The notes: a model not told the origin generated them from the letters alone. Numbered from the stretch's first letter, positions 7,400 to 17,170 are shown. The stretch: DNA of 64,000 nucleotides from an uncultured Candidatus Saccharibacteria bacterium (GCA_964589445.1 CAZPQX010000002.1:91882-155881); one strand, 5' to 3'. A program made the numbers and translations.

Positions 7400-7503
7400 T
7401 AGCAAAGTTAATTTTGTCTATGAGTATGGCAAAATATGTTTAAAAATAAGGGTTTTTTAGGAATTGGTAAAAATGAAGTACTTTGGTGTATACTTTTGAA
7501 AAA

Positions 7504-7574
7504 GCGGGTATGGTTTAGTGGTAGAATGCGGCCTTCCCAAGGCTGAGACGGGAGTTCGATTCTCCCTACCCGCA
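7504..7574 (+). tRNA. tRNA-Gly (anticodon CCC)
   Basis: Acceptor GCGGGTA/TACCCGC, anticodon stem CGGCC/GGCTG with loop TTCCCAA, T arm GGGAG-TTCGATT-CTCCC, discriminator A; TATACT -10-like element 10 nt upstream. Confidence 0.8.
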
Positions 7575-7583
7575 CACTAAATT

Positions 7584-7868
7584 TTGTTTAAAATTATGTT
7601 CTATGTATATGTTCTCGGTAGTTTGAAAGATAAAGATTTATACATAGGTTCTACTAATGATTTAAAAAGACGGGTGATAGAACATAATTCAGGAAAAGTT
7701 TTATCTACTAAAAATAGAGCCCCGTTTAGTCTCCTTTACTACGAAGCTTATACTACTGAGGGTGAAGCTCGAGATAGGGAGGCTAGTTTAAAACTCCGTG
7801 GTCAAGCTAGAGTCGGCTTGCTAAAAAGGATTTCCTTTACTATAAAACTTTTCAAAAACAAAAATTAG
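7584..7868 (+). CDS. GIY-YIG nuclease-superfamily small protein
   Basis: 94 aa; FYVYVLGSLKDKDLYIGSTNDLKRRVIEHN = GIY-YIG motif; followed by hairpin gtgcgggcgtacccgcac. Confidence 0.7.
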   Translation: MFKIMFYVYVLGSLKDKDLYIGSTNDLKRRVIEHNSGKVLSTKNRAPFSLLYYEAYTTEGEARDREASLKLRGQARVGLLKRISFTIKLFKNKN

Positions 7869-8094
7869 TGTGCGGGCGTACCCGCACAATAAGGAACGAA
7901 GTGACTATATTGTGCGAGGTAAGCAAAGTAAACTGCTTTACTTTGCGTGGGAGTGAGAAGCGAAAACTTGGAGCTTCGCAAGACCTTTGATAATTTTTAT
8001 GAGCTTTGCGAAATAAAAATAGAAAAGGTGTACAGCTTCTGTAGGAAGGCGAAAGCCGCAGGCATGTTTTTTGAGCACAAAAAACAGCCGAGGC

Positions 8095-8201
8095 GGGGTC
8101 GCGGAAATTTTGTTTTGACGAAAACAAAATTATCCGTGACCGATTCTCAGTCTTGCTGATTTTGTTACTGGTCCTGTAAGGACCGATTCTTTACCCGCAC
8201 A
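8095..8201 (+). repeat. tRNA-linked conserved hairpin element (GGTCGCGG...CCGTGACC) followed by two partial direct copies of the tRNA-Gly 3' end
   Basis: Homologous to 1573-1612; cgattctc (8141-8148) and gaccgattctttacccgcaca (8181-8201) echo tRNA-Gly 7557-7576. Confidence 0.55.
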
Positions 8202-8298
8202 TTTTCTATAGAGATAGCTTTGTTGACTTATATACCTAAAAGCTGTACAATATATAGTAGAAAAAGGTTTTGATAAACTCTTCTGAAAGGATGGCACC

Positions 8299-8628
8299 AT
8301 GGCAAAACGCTTTGCACGCTTTAGCGCAAAGGAGATGCAGGAGGCTCAAGAGAGTCTAGCGCAAATGAACTTAACCTGTGCCCGCCTCATCGAATCGATT
8401 TTGAATGTCGTGGATAAGGCCGAGGGAACACCTGCCTATAAGGAATCCCTGAAAGCAAACTTTCTCCTTTCTGCTGCAGGCGTCCTTCTTGGTGAGTCAC
8501 GCACTTCTCAAGGACTCGCCGATTCCTTACAGATGGTCGCAGATGATTTGCGAGAGTGCAAGAATCCGGCTGCAGGCGATGTTGAGGCGCTGGCGCACGC
8601 CATGAGAGCTTGGCTAAAACGCCGGTAG
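8299..8628 (+). CDS. hypothetical protein (GC-rich ORFan)
   Basis: 109 aa; GC-rich relative to flanks; followed by hairpin ctcagccgaaaggttgag + T-run at ~8663-8685. Confidence 0.4.
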   Translation: MAKRFARFSAKEMQEAQESLAQMNLTCARLIESILNVVDKAEGTPAYKESLKANFLLSAAGVLLGESRTSQGLADSLQMVADDLRECKNPAAGDVEALAHAMRAWLKRR

Positions 8629-8710
8629 CCAAAAATCGAACATAACCGAATGGATATGTAAGCTCAGCCGAAAGGTTGAGTTTTTCATTTATTAAAAATA
8701 TAAAAATAAA

Positions 8711-10096
8711 CTAAAGTAGTGAAGCAAGCGTCTTTCGTACCAAGCTATTTTCTTGTTTGTCTTCGATGACGAAACCAGCGGCTTCTATTTCTTTGCGAAG
8801 CTCGTCGCTTCTCTGCCAGTTTTTGTTGCTTCTAGCCTCGTCTCTTTCTTTTTGTGAATCCAAAATTTCTTCGGGGATCTCTGTGAAGAGAGACTCTGAA
8901 ATATTTTCTATATTTAAAGCTAAAACTCCATCTATTTTCCTAATTGCATTTTTGGATTTTGCTTCCTGAAGTAGGGCGATGGCTTTGGGGGTGTTGAGGT
9001 CGTCTGCTATCGCTTCTTCAAATTTTGATATTACCTCACTGTCGCTCTCGCTCGTCTCGGGCAAATCCCTGAAAGAGGCGACTATCTTTTCGAACGCCAC
9101 TTGTGAAGAAGATACCCCCTCCCATGTGAAGTTGGCTGGGGTTTTGTAGTGAGAGGTGAGAAGCCAGTATCGGAAAGATAGGGGGTGGATTTTTCTTTTT
9201 ATTATATCTTCGAGATAAACCACTACGCCTTCTGATTTTGAGATTTTGGCGTCGTCTATCTTGAGGTGATTTCTATGTAGCCAAAATCGTGAGAAAGGGG
9301 AAACACCGGTGTAGCTTTCGGACTGAGCGATTTCGTTGTTGTGATGCACTGGGATGTGCTCGATGCCACCTGTGTGAATGTCTATCTGCTCGCCCAAAAT
9401 ATCGATAATCATGGCAGAGCACTCGATGTGCCAGCCAGGGAAGCCAAGGCCCCAAGGGGACTGCCAGCCTACTTTGCCGTCTTTTTTCCAGAGGATAAAG
9501 TCGGTAGGATTTTTCTTGTTTGTACTTGTCACTCTTTTGCCTTCCTCTAAACCTTCTAGGTTTATGTTTCCAAGCTTGCCGTAATTTGGGAATTTGGCTG
9601 TGTCGAAATATACACCGTTCGAACCGACGTAAGCAAAGCCTTTTTCGAGAAGAGACTCAATCATTTTTATTTGTGAATCTACGTAGTCGGAGGCGTATGG
9701 GAAGATGGTGTCCTCAGTCTTTATGTTTAAGAGGGAGAGACTTGATAGGAAAACCGAGGCGTACTTTTCGGCAAGTTTCCTCATGTTGGCGAGGGTGAGC
9801 TCTAGGCCTTCTCTCTTTAGGCCTTTGGTCATACGGTCTTCGCCTTCGTCAGCTTTGCCCTCGTTGTCGCCTGAGAGGTGGCCGAAGTCTGTGAAGTTGA
9901 TGACTTGCTTTACCAAGAGCCCATCGTGTTCGAGAGTGCGCCTCAATATATCAGTAAAGACATACATGGAAAGATTGCCGATGTGTTGGGGGCCGTAGAG
10001 AGTGGGGCCACAGTGATACATTTTTACTACACCTTTTTCTTGAGGCTCAAAAGTTTCTTTTTTATTGGTCAGTGTATTTGTGAGTTTGATTTGCAT
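8711..10096 (-). CDS. cysS: cysteine--tRNA ligase
   Basis: Class I aaRS motifs HIGN and KISKSEG; CGPTLYGPQHIGN near N-terminus. Confidence 0.9.
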   Translation of the reverse strand: MQIKLTNTLTNKKETFEPQEKGVVKMYHCGPTLYGPQHIGNLSMYVFTDILRRTLEHDGLLVKQVINFTDFGHLSGDNEGKADEGEDRMTKGLKREGLELTLANMRKLAEKYASVFLSSLSLLNIKTEDTIFPYASDYVDSQIKMIESLLEKGFAYVGSNGVYFDTAKFPNYGKLGNINLEGLEEGKRVTSTNKKNPTDFILWKKDGKVGWQSPWGLGFPGWHIECSAMIIDILGEQIDIHTGGIEHIPVHHNNEIAQSESYTGVSPFSRFWLHRNHLKIDDAKISKSEGVVVYLEDIIKRKIHPLSFRYWLLTSHYKTPANFTWEGVSSSQVAFEKIVASFRDLPETSESDSEVISKFEEAIADDLNTPKAIALLQEAKSKNAIRKIDGVLALNIENISESLFTEIPEEILDSQKERDEARSNKNWQRSDELRKEIEAAGFVIEDKQENSLVRKTLASLL

Positions 10097-10105
10097 ATTT
10101 AATTA

Positions 10106-11008
10106 CTACATCCATTTCTTATACTTGAAGTAAGTAAACATGGCAAGGCTCATTAAAATCATGATGCTTATAATTACCCAAAAGTCGTAATTGAGGCCTA
10201 TTAGCGGCATATGTTGAGCATTCATGCCAAATATTGCAGCTACAAGCGATAGTGGGAATGTAACAAATGCAAGTATGGTGAATATCTTCATGGTCTCGTT
10301 TTGTTTGGTGGTCAACATGGAGTTGTTGGTCTCGCGAAGCTCGTCTATTGTGTCAGAAATATTTTTGACCAGTATCATGATCCTCTCCCATTCGCCCATG
10401 AGTTTTTTGGAATCTTTAACAAATTTGTCTCCAAATATGTGACCATGAGAATCTATGAGGGACGACCATATTATTTTTTGAGATCCTATAGTCCTATTGA
10501 TGCTGAGGATCTTCCTGCTTGTATTTGAAATACTCCATACCATCTCTTTTTCGAGACCCTTGAAAATATTTTTTTCAACTTCTTTTATTTCTTCTTGGAT
10601 GTATTCGACTTGATCCATAGCAAATTTGTAAACTTCTTGCATTACAAGAAAGAAAAGGTGGGAATCTTGATTTCGACCTAGTACTTCAGCTACTTCTATT
10701 TGTTTGGAAAAGTGATGTAGGGCATCGATGCTCTCGTACCTGACTGTGACTAGGTTGTTTTTTGTGATCAGGAAATCTATTTCTTGTTCGGAATATTCTC
10801 TTTGTGAGTTTTTGAAAAAGGGAACATGTATCACTGCATAAATCGAGTCACCAAATTCTTCTACTGTTTGTTTGGGTGTGGGTGTTAAAAAGTCTTTGGC
10901 TAGAATCGGGTTTATGCCTTGTGAGATGACTACGGAGTCAATTTCTTCTTTGTTTGGAGAGTTTAAGTCTATCCAGGTCTGCTCATTAAGTTTTCTTGTG
11001 ACTATCAT
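10106..11008 (-). CDS. corA: CorA-family magnesium/cobalt transporter
   Basis: GMN motif (FGMNAQHMP) followed by two C-terminal TM helices. Confidence 0.8.
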   Translation of the reverse strand: MIVTRKLNEQTWIDLNSPNKEEIDSVVISQGINPILAKDFLTPTPKQTVEEFGDSIYAVIHVPFFKNSQREYSEQEIDFLITKNNLVTVRYESIDALHHFSKQIEVAEVLGRNQDSHLFFLVMQEVYKFAMDQVEYIQEEIKEVEKNIFKGLEKEMVWSISNTSRKILSINRTIGSQKIIWSSLIDSHGHIFGDKFVKDSKKLMGEWERIMILVKNISDTIDELRETNNSMLTTKQNETMKIFTILAFVTFPLSLVAAIFGMNAQHMPLIGLNYDFWVIISIMILMSLAMFTYFKYKKWM

Positions 11009-11050
11009 TTTTGATACTAGTTAATTTATGATATATTATAACAGAAAATT

Positions 11051-12265
11051 ATGAATGAAAAATATAAAAATTTAGGGATATCTATTTTCCTTGCAATAGT
11101 GCTCTTGTTTGCAGGGATAAGGATAGGGGAGAATAGAGCGATTAATTCACAAAAGCCTACTGTTTTGTCAGGGCAAAATGCTGCAGCTGTGGATATGGCA
11201 CCGTTTTGGGATGCTTGGAAACTTTTGGATGAGAAGTTTTCTCCTGCTTCTTCGAGTACGCCCGATGTCGAGGCAAAGGACAAAGTTTGGGGGGCGATAC
11301 AGGGTCTCGCTGCTTCTTATGGTGACCCTTATACTGTCTTTTTCCCTCCTGAAGAAGCAAAGATGTTTGAAGAAGAGATTAGCGGAGCATTTGGAGGTGT
11401 GGGTATGGAAATAGGCATACAGGATGGTGTGCTCACTGTGATCGCCCCACTCAAAAACACTCCTGCTTACAGGGCTGGTGTGCAGGCTGGAGATAAGATA
11501 ATTTCTATAAACGGCGCTCCTGCTCTAGATATGAATACCGATGAGGCTATAAAAATAATAAGAGGAGAGATAGGGACTACTGTATCTATAAGTTTCGCAA
11601 GGAAGGGGGAAAGTGCTCCTATAGTAAAAGAGATAACAAGAGCTGCTATAGAAATACCAACTGTAAATACAAAAACTTTGCCAGGAGGTGTCTTCGTGAT
11701 AGAGCTTTACAACTTCTCGGCCAACTCACCGGCTCTCTTCCGTGATTCTCTTAGGGAATTTGTAAATTCTGGAAACGATAAGCTCATAATAGACCTCCGC
11801 AACAACCCGGGTGGCTACCTCGAGGCAGCCCTCGATATGGCGAGCTGGTTCCTTCCTGTGGGTAAGGTGGTAGTAAGTGAAGATTTTGGAAACGGTGTAA
11901 ACCCGAGAGAATATAGAAGCAAGGGTTACGATATATTTACAGACAGACTCAAGATGGCGATACTCGTAAATGGAGGCTCAGCTTCTGCTTCGGAGATACT
12001 TGCGGGGGCACTCAGTGAATATGGCAAAGCAACTCTCATCGGTAGCAAAACATTTGGTAAGGGTTCGGTCCAGGAACTTTTGCCTCTCACAAGCGATACT
12101 TCGCTCAAGATCACCGTTGCACACTGGCTGACTCCAAATGGAAACAGTATTTCAAACGGTGGGCTCGCTCCTGATATTGAAGTAGAAGTAAATGCAGAAA
12201 ATACAAAAGATGGAAATGATCCACAGCTAAATGCAGCGGTGAAATTCTTAACAACAGTGAAATAA
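11051..12265 (+). CDS. ctpA: S41-family C-terminal processing peptidase with PDZ domain
   Basis: PDZ segment GVQAGDKIISING, catalytic region LIIDLRNNPGGYL...GSASASEILAGAL...KTFGKGSVQ. Confidence 0.85.
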   Translation: MNEKYKNLGISIFLAIVLLFAGIRIGENRAINSQKPTVLSGQNAAAVDMAPFWDAWKLLDEKFSPASSSTPDVEAKDKVWGAIQGLAASYGDPYTVFFPPEEAKMFEEEISGAFGGVGMEIGIQDGVLTVIAPLKNTPAYRAGVQAGDKIISINGAPALDMNTDEAIKIIRGEIGTTVSISFARKGESAPIVKEITRAAIEIPTVNTKTLPGGVFVIELYNFSANSPALFRDSLREFVNSGNDKLIIDLRNNPGGYLEAALDMASWFLPVGKVVVSEDFGNGVNPREYRSKGYDIFTDRLKMAILVNGGSASASEILAGALSEYGKATLIGSKTFGKGSVQELLPLTSDTSLKITVAHWLTPNGNSISNGGLAPDIEVEVNAENTKDGNDPQLNAAVKFLTTVK

Positions 12266-12266
12266 T

Positions 12267-12710
12267 ATGAAAGTAATACTAAAACAGGATGTGAGAGGGG
12301 TGGGTAGAAAGGGTGATATAAAGGACGTAAACGAAGGATATGCAAACAACTTCCTTTTGCCAAAAAAACTAGCTGAATTTGCTTCAAAAGAAAATGTGGC
12401 TAAGTTTGAGAAAGAGAAAAAACACAAGCAGGAGGAAGAAGAAAAGCAAAAGAAAGAAATATCTGAGAAATTTAAAATACTAGAAAGTCAGACAGTTTTT
12501 CTCAAAAAGAAGTCCAACGAAAAAGGTCATTTGTTTGAAAAGATAAAGCCAGAAGAGGTGACTGCCTTTATAAATAAAAACTTCGGGATAAGTATAAATC
12601 CCGAGTTCTTAAAAATGGAAAATCCAATAAAGGAGATTGGAGAATCAGAAATCTCTCTAGAAATGATGGAAGTGAAGGGAAAGATAAAGATAAGAGTAGA
12701 AGCTCTCTAG
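12267..12710 (+). CDS. rplI: 50S ribosomal protein L9
   Basis: N-terminus MKVILKQDVRGVGRKGDIKDVNEGYANNFLLPKKLA matches L9. Confidence 0.85.
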   Translation: MKVILKQDVRGVGRKGDIKDVNEGYANNFLLPKKLAEFASKENVAKFEKEKKHKQEEEEKQKKEISEKFKILESQTVFLKKKSNEKGHLFEKIKPEEVTAFINKNFGISINPEFLKMENPIKEIGESEISLEMMEVKGKIKIRVEAL

Positions 12711-12718
12711 ACTGTAGT

Positions 12719-12991
12719 TTAGACTACAGAAACTACCTTTTTGACGATAGTGGTACCATCGAAATGAACCTTTCTTTTTGAGCTCATTTTAACTTTGCCT
12801 TCTCTAAGTGCGAAGATTGTGTGGTCTTTGCCTATATCAGTACCGTTGCCAGGCAACATTTTGGTGCCTCTTTGACGTACGATAATAGAACCTGTCTTTA
12901 CAGTCCCGCCGTCTTGAACCTTGACCCCGAGGTATTTAGCCTGCGAGTCTCTTCCGTTTTTTGTTGTACCGGCCGCCTTTTTATGTGCCAT
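12719..12991 (-). CDS. rpmA: 50S ribosomal protein L27
   Basis: [24 protein letters not shown] typical L27 N-terminus. Confidence 0.9.
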   Translation of the reverse strand: MAHKKAAGTTKNGRDSQAKYLGVKVQDGGTVKTGSIIVRQRGTKMLPGNGTDIGKDHTIFALREGKVKMSSKRKVHFDGTTIVKKVVSVV

Positions 12992-13013
12992 AGTGGTATA
13001 ATACTAAATCAAT

Positions 13014-13502
13014 ATGGAAGAAAATGCAAGCGAGGGAGAATATGTGGGGGAAGTCTATTTTGACGAAGAAGGGGAGTCTCGATTTGTCAAAAAGCTCAAA
13101 GTATTCCTTGAAAGCAGGTACTTTTTTGCGATTGTTGTAATAATGGTCGGGATTATAGCCTTCTTTTTAGGTGTATTTTGGAGTGCGGAGAGCCAGAAAG
13201 AGCCTTTGAGAGTTTATGAAAGAGAGGTGGCTAGTAGGGCAGCGGGAGCGAATAAAGAGGTGGCTTCTCCTCAAAATACAAATGGGCAAATAGGTGAGAC
13301 TAAGGATAGTGCGAGTGCCGTGCTCGCCCCGGTGGCTGGTAGTGAATCGGTGGTTGCTTCAAAGAACGGTACAAAGTATCATTACCCTTGGTGTGCTGGT
13401 GCAAAGCAGATTTCGGAAAAGAACAAAATAACTTTTGCTTCGATAGAGGAGGCGAGGGCCAAAGGCTACACTCCAGCGTCAAACTGTAAAGGTCTTAAAT
13501 AG
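13014..13502 (+). CDS. hypothetical membrane-anchored protein with C-terminal Cys-containing KYHYPWC...GYTPASNC motif
   Basis: One TM (FFAIVVIMVGIIAFFLGVFW), S/A-rich linker, conserved-looking C-terminal ~45 aa. Confidence 0.45.
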   Translation: MEENASEGEYVGEVYFDEEGESRFVKKLKVFLESRYFFAIVVIMVGIIAFFLGVFWSAESQKEPLRVYEREVASRAAGANKEVASPQNTNGQIGETKDSASAVLAPVAGSESVVASKNGTKYHYPWCAGAKQISEKNKITFASIEEARAKGYTPASNCKGLK

Positions 13503-13503
13503 A

Positions 13504-14781
13504 ATGGAAACACAAAAGAAAAAAATAAATCAGTTTTTTATATCACTTAGTCTTGGATTTTTTCTTGCCTTTAGGCAGGTGAGAAGATCAAGCAAGGCGA
13601 CTACTGCACTCATCATCTTCGTAATGACGCTCACTTTCCTAAACCTGGTGGTGGTGAGAGGTGTGCTCGTCGGGTTGATTGAAGGCTCTGTGCTCGTGTA
13701 TAGAGAGTATTCGACTGGTGAAGTTTTTATTTCTAAACTACCTAAAAAAAGCTATATAGAAAGCAGCCCAGATGTTTTGAAAAAGATAGAAGGTTTGCCG
13801 TGGGTGAGAACTTACTCTGCAAGATATTTGGAGTCAGGCACAATAGAAGCTGGGTACAAATCTAGGATAAACCTGACTGATGCCGCAAATAGTGCAGGGG
13901 GAGTCATCGCTGGTATCAACCCAATAAAAGAAGAATCCACCACAAATCTTTCGACTAAAATAGTAGAAGGATCTTTCCTTGGTCCAAATGATACTGAGTA
14001 TGTGGTGCTCGGATCGAGCCTCCTTAAGAAGTATGTGCCGGTAGAGTCGGCCAGCTTTTCTTTCCTTGAAAATGTAGAGATTGGCGACAAGGTCAGGATA
14101 AGTGTGGGTGGAAACACAAAAGAATTTATAGTAAAAGGAGTGGTCCAAAGCAAGGCTGACGAAGTGGACTTCAGAGCTTATGTGCTGGACTCTGTGCTCC
14201 GAAATATGATCGGTCGCACCGACTACAATGTCGACGAGATAGCTATAAAACTTGTGCCCGGGACTGACCCAAATTTGGTAAGGGACTCACTAATCCGGGC
14301 TGGGGTGGGGGAAACAGCTCGCGTACAAACTGCCGATGATGCACTTCCTAAATTCATCATAGATATCAAAAATACTTTTGCCATACTTGGGAACGTGGTC
14401 GGGTCTATCGGGCTCGTCGTGGCATCGATAACAATATTTATAGTTATATTCGTGAATGCAATCACGAGAAGAAAATTTATCGGTATCCTTAAGGGTATCG
14501 GCATAAGTGCTCAGGCGATTGAGATCGCTTATATATTTCAGTCGCTCTTTTATGCTGTGCTTGGTATCGGCATAGGGCTTATCATCTTGTATGGTGTTTT
14601 GGTGCCGTTTATATCGGCCAACCCAATCAAGTTCCCATTTAGTGATGGTATCCTTGTAGCGGAAGTCGGTGCTACATTCTTTAGGGTGTTCATGCTTATG
14701 TTTGCTACTCTCGTGGCTGGGTTCGTGCCGGCGAGGATAGTGGTCAAGAAGAATACGCTTGATTCGATATTGGGAAGGTAA
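13504..14781 (+). CDS. ABC transporter permease, MacB/FtsX family
   Basis: N-terminal TM, large extracytoplasmic domain, C-terminal FtsX-like 3-TM bundle. Confidence 0.8.
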   Translation: METQKKKINQFFISLSLGFFLAFRQVRRSSKATTALIIFVMTLTFLNLVVVRGVLVGLIEGSVLVYREYSTGEVFISKLPKKSYIESSPDVLKKIEGLPWVRTYSARYLESGTIEAGYKSRINLTDAANSAGGVIAGINPIKEESTTNLSTKIVEGSFLGPNDTEYVVLGSSLLKKYVPVESASFSFLENVEIGDKVRISVGGNTKEFIVKGVVQSKADEVDFRAYVLDSVLRNMIGRTDYNVDEIAIKLVPGTDPNLVRDSLIRAGVGETARVQTADDALPKFIIDIKNTFAILGNVVGSIGLVVASITIFIVIFVNAITRRKFIGILKGIGISAQAIEIAYIFQSLFYAVLGIGIGLIILYGVLVPFISANPIKFPFSDGILVAEVGATFFRVFMLMFATLVAGFVPARIVVKKNTLDSILGR

Positions 14782-14824
14782 TGATACGAAAAACCGTCGC
14801 ACTCCAAAGGACGTATCGTGCGAC

Positions 14825-15538
14825 ATGATTCCGCTAAATCATATGAATATAATTGAAGTAAAAAATTTAAGTAAATCTTTTAAGACAGGAGAGAAGGAGC
14901 TCAGAGTTTTGGACAGCATGTCTTTCTTTGTGGAGGAAGGTAGCTTCTTTTCGATAACAGGTAGGTCTGGCTCAGGTAAGTCGACTCTCCTTTATCAGCT
15001 CGGACTCCTCGATCATCCAAACTCTGGAGACATAATAATAAATGGTGTAAACGTGAGCTTGCTCGATCATGACGGCAGGACTGATTTTAGGCTCAGAGAG
15101 CTCGGATATGTTTTCCAGGATTATGCGCTTGTGCCAGAGCTTACAGCTGTCGAAAATACTGTGGTGCCTTTGCTTATGCAGGGAGTAGATAAAAGAGAGG
15201 CTTATGCAAAAGCAGAGAGAGCACTTTCGAAGGTGGGGCTCGGTGAGAGGCTAAACAACTTACCCAACCAAATGTCTGGAGGTGAGCAGCAGAGAGTTTC
15301 GATAGCTAGAGCCATAGCTCACGAGCCAAAAATAATTTTTGCTGACGAGCCTACTGCAAACCTGGACTCAGAAACTGCTGACACGGTCATGAAAGTTTTC
15401 CTAGAGCTCAATAGTAAGGGGCAGACTATCATCATGGTCACCCATGAGCCTGAGTACGCTTTGCTCACCAAAAGGGCTATAAGGATAGGAGATGGCAAGA
15501 TCCTTGAGGATGGTACGCCGGCCCAGATTATTCATTAA
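14825..15538 (+). CDS. ABC transporter ATP-binding protein (MacB/LolD-like)
   Basis: Walker A GRSGSGKST, signature LSGGEQQRVSIARA, Walker B IIFADEPT; start chosen at internal Met to avoid overlap with permease (track ORF begins 14759). Confidence 0.85.
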   Translation: MIPLNHMNIIEVKNLSKSFKTGEKELRVLDSMSFFVEEGSFFSITGRSGSGKSTLLYQLGLLDHPNSGDIIINGVNVSLLDHDGRTDFRLRELGYVFQDYALVPELTAVENTVVPLLMQGVDKREAYAKAERALSKVGLGERLNNLPNQMSGGEQQRVSIARAIAHEPKIIFADEPTANLDSETADTVMKVFLELNSKGQTIIMVTHEPEYALLTKRAIRIGDGKILEDGTPAQIIH

Positions 15539-15567
15539 AGAGAGAAGTTGTGTTAAAATAAAATCTT

Positions 15568-17100
15568 ATGAAATTTTTACAAATATTGAAATCTAAAAAA
15601 GTAATCGCACTAATTGTTGTCTTGATAATCATAGGCGCAGTATTCTTTTTTGGTGGCGAAAGTAGCAAACAGCTTGTGGTGGTGGAGAGGGGAGAAATAG
15701 TACAAGAAGTCGCGGCTACTGGTAAGGTGAAGCCAAACCAGAGCGTTGACCTCGGGTTTGATAAATCAGGACGAGTGGGCGCTGTGTATGCATTTGTCGG
15801 AGACTTTGTAGCCAAAGGTAACTTGATAGCCTCTCTAGAATCAGGAGAAGCTTCTTCTGATATAGCTAGGGCTAGAGCTGTGCTCGACGAGGAAATATTG
15901 AGACTTAGGGAAATAGAAAATAGCTCACCAAGGTCATATCAGGATTCAGTCAGATCTCTCGGGGTAGCTATAAGGGACGCCTTTCTCACTTCAGACAATG
16001 CAGTCAGGAACAAAGTGGACCAGTTTTTTAAAAATGGATCTACTAATCCTAGGTTTGAAGTGACTTTTACAGATGGTAACTTCATTCACTATTTCCCAGT
16101 GCCTTCGGAGCAGGTAATAGTCTTGAATAATGAGAGGAGAAATGTGGAGGCTGTGCTCGATAACTGGACTAGTTTAAATGTCGCACTGTCTCCTGAAAGT
16201 GCTTATGAGACTACAGACAAAGCTATAGGCGACATGAATAAAATTTTGAGCTTCCTTGATAAGGTGGCAGCGGCGATGAACTCATTTACTCCTGCAAACT
16301 TTGAATACGAAACTACTGTAAATGGCTACAAGACTGCAGTTTCAAATGCAAGGTCAGAGACAGCTGCTTCTCTAGCTAAACTCATCTCAGCAAGGGATGC
16401 CCTCAACTCAGCTCCTCAGCTAGATAGTCAGACTGGGCAATATAAAGATGTACTCATACAAAGAGCTAAGGTGGATCAGGCAAGGAGCTCACTCGCTGCA
16501 CTTGAGTCAGCTTTGGGCAAGTCAGCTATAATAGCCCCTTTTGATGGGGTGATCACTTTGCAAGATGCTAAGGTGGGTGCCGCTGTTTCCCCTGGAGAGA
16601 CTCTGGTGTCTATGACGAGCGATCAGGATATGTATATCGAGGCAAATATATCGGAAATAAATATTGGTAAATTGAGTGAGGGCAACCCAGTTTCTATAAA
16701 GTTCGATGCCTTCCCTGGAGAAGAATTTAATGGTTTTGTTTCTTTTATTGAGCCAGGCGATGTGCTTTTAGAAGGTGTGGTCAACTACAAGATAAGGGTT
16801 GATTTTGGTACGGTAGAAAAGCTTGAAGAAGGAGCAACTTGGAGTTATTGGAATAATGACGACACTGATGAGCGTATAAAGAACGGCCTGACTGCAGACC
16901 TCAAGATAGAGACTTCTAAAATCAGTGATGCCGTGACTCTGCCGCTCTATGCTGTGACTAAGGAAGAGGGTAAAAGCTTTGTAAACAAAATAGTAGACGG
17001 TAAGCCAGAAAAAGTGGAAATACAGCTTGGAAGAGAGGGAAGTGACGGGCTTGTGGAGGTGGTAAGCGGTCTCGTAGAGGGTGATTCGGTGGAATTCTAG
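15568..17100 (+). CDS. HlyD/MacA-like periplasmic adaptor (membrane-fusion) protein
   Basis: N-terminal TM, coiled-coil, then IIAPFDGVI...barrel/lipoyl-like segments typical of MFP family; completes permease-ATPase-adaptor trio. Confidence 0.7.
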   Translation: MKFLQILKSKKVIALIVVLIIIGAVFFFGGESSKQLVVVERGEIVQEVAATGKVKPNQSVDLGFDKSGRVGAVYAFVGDFVAKGNLIASLESGEASSDIARARAVLDEEILRLREIENSSPRSYQDSVRSLGVAIRDAFLTSDNAVRNKVDQFFKNGSTNPRFEVTFTDGNFIHYFPVPSEQVIVLNNERRNVEAVLDNWTSLNVALSPESAYETTDKAIGDMNKILSFLDKVAAAMNSFTPANFEYETTVNGYKTAVSNARSETAASLAKLISARDALNSAPQLDSQTGQYKDVLIQRAKVDQARSSLAALESALGKSAIIAPFDGVITLQDAKVGAAVSPGETLVSMTSDQDMYIEANISEINIGKLSEGNPVSIKFDAFPGEEFNGFVSFIEPGDVLLEGVVNYKIRVDFGTVEKLEEGATWSYWNNDDTDERIKNGLTADLKIETSKISDAVTLPLYAVTKEEGKSFVNKIVDGKPEKVEIQLGREGSDGLVEVVSGLVEGDSVEF

Positions 17101-17135
17101 TTAAAATAGGCTAAAAATAGGACAACAATACCTAC

Positions 17136-17164
17136 TTGACGTCAAGGAGGTATTGTGCTATAAT
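17136..17164 (+). promoter_or_regulatory. strong sigma70 promoter TTGACG-N17-TGcTATAAT (extended -10)
   Basis: ttgacg 17136-17141, tataat 17159-17164 with TG at -15/-14. Confidence 0.55.
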
Positions 17165-17170
17165 GGATAT

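Noticed and set aside
7852-8159. Track ORFs 7852-8127 (-) and 7947-8159 (+)
   Set aside because: Mutually overlapping and lying in the hairpin/repeat region after the GIY-YIG gene. No RBS or motif; treated as non-coding.
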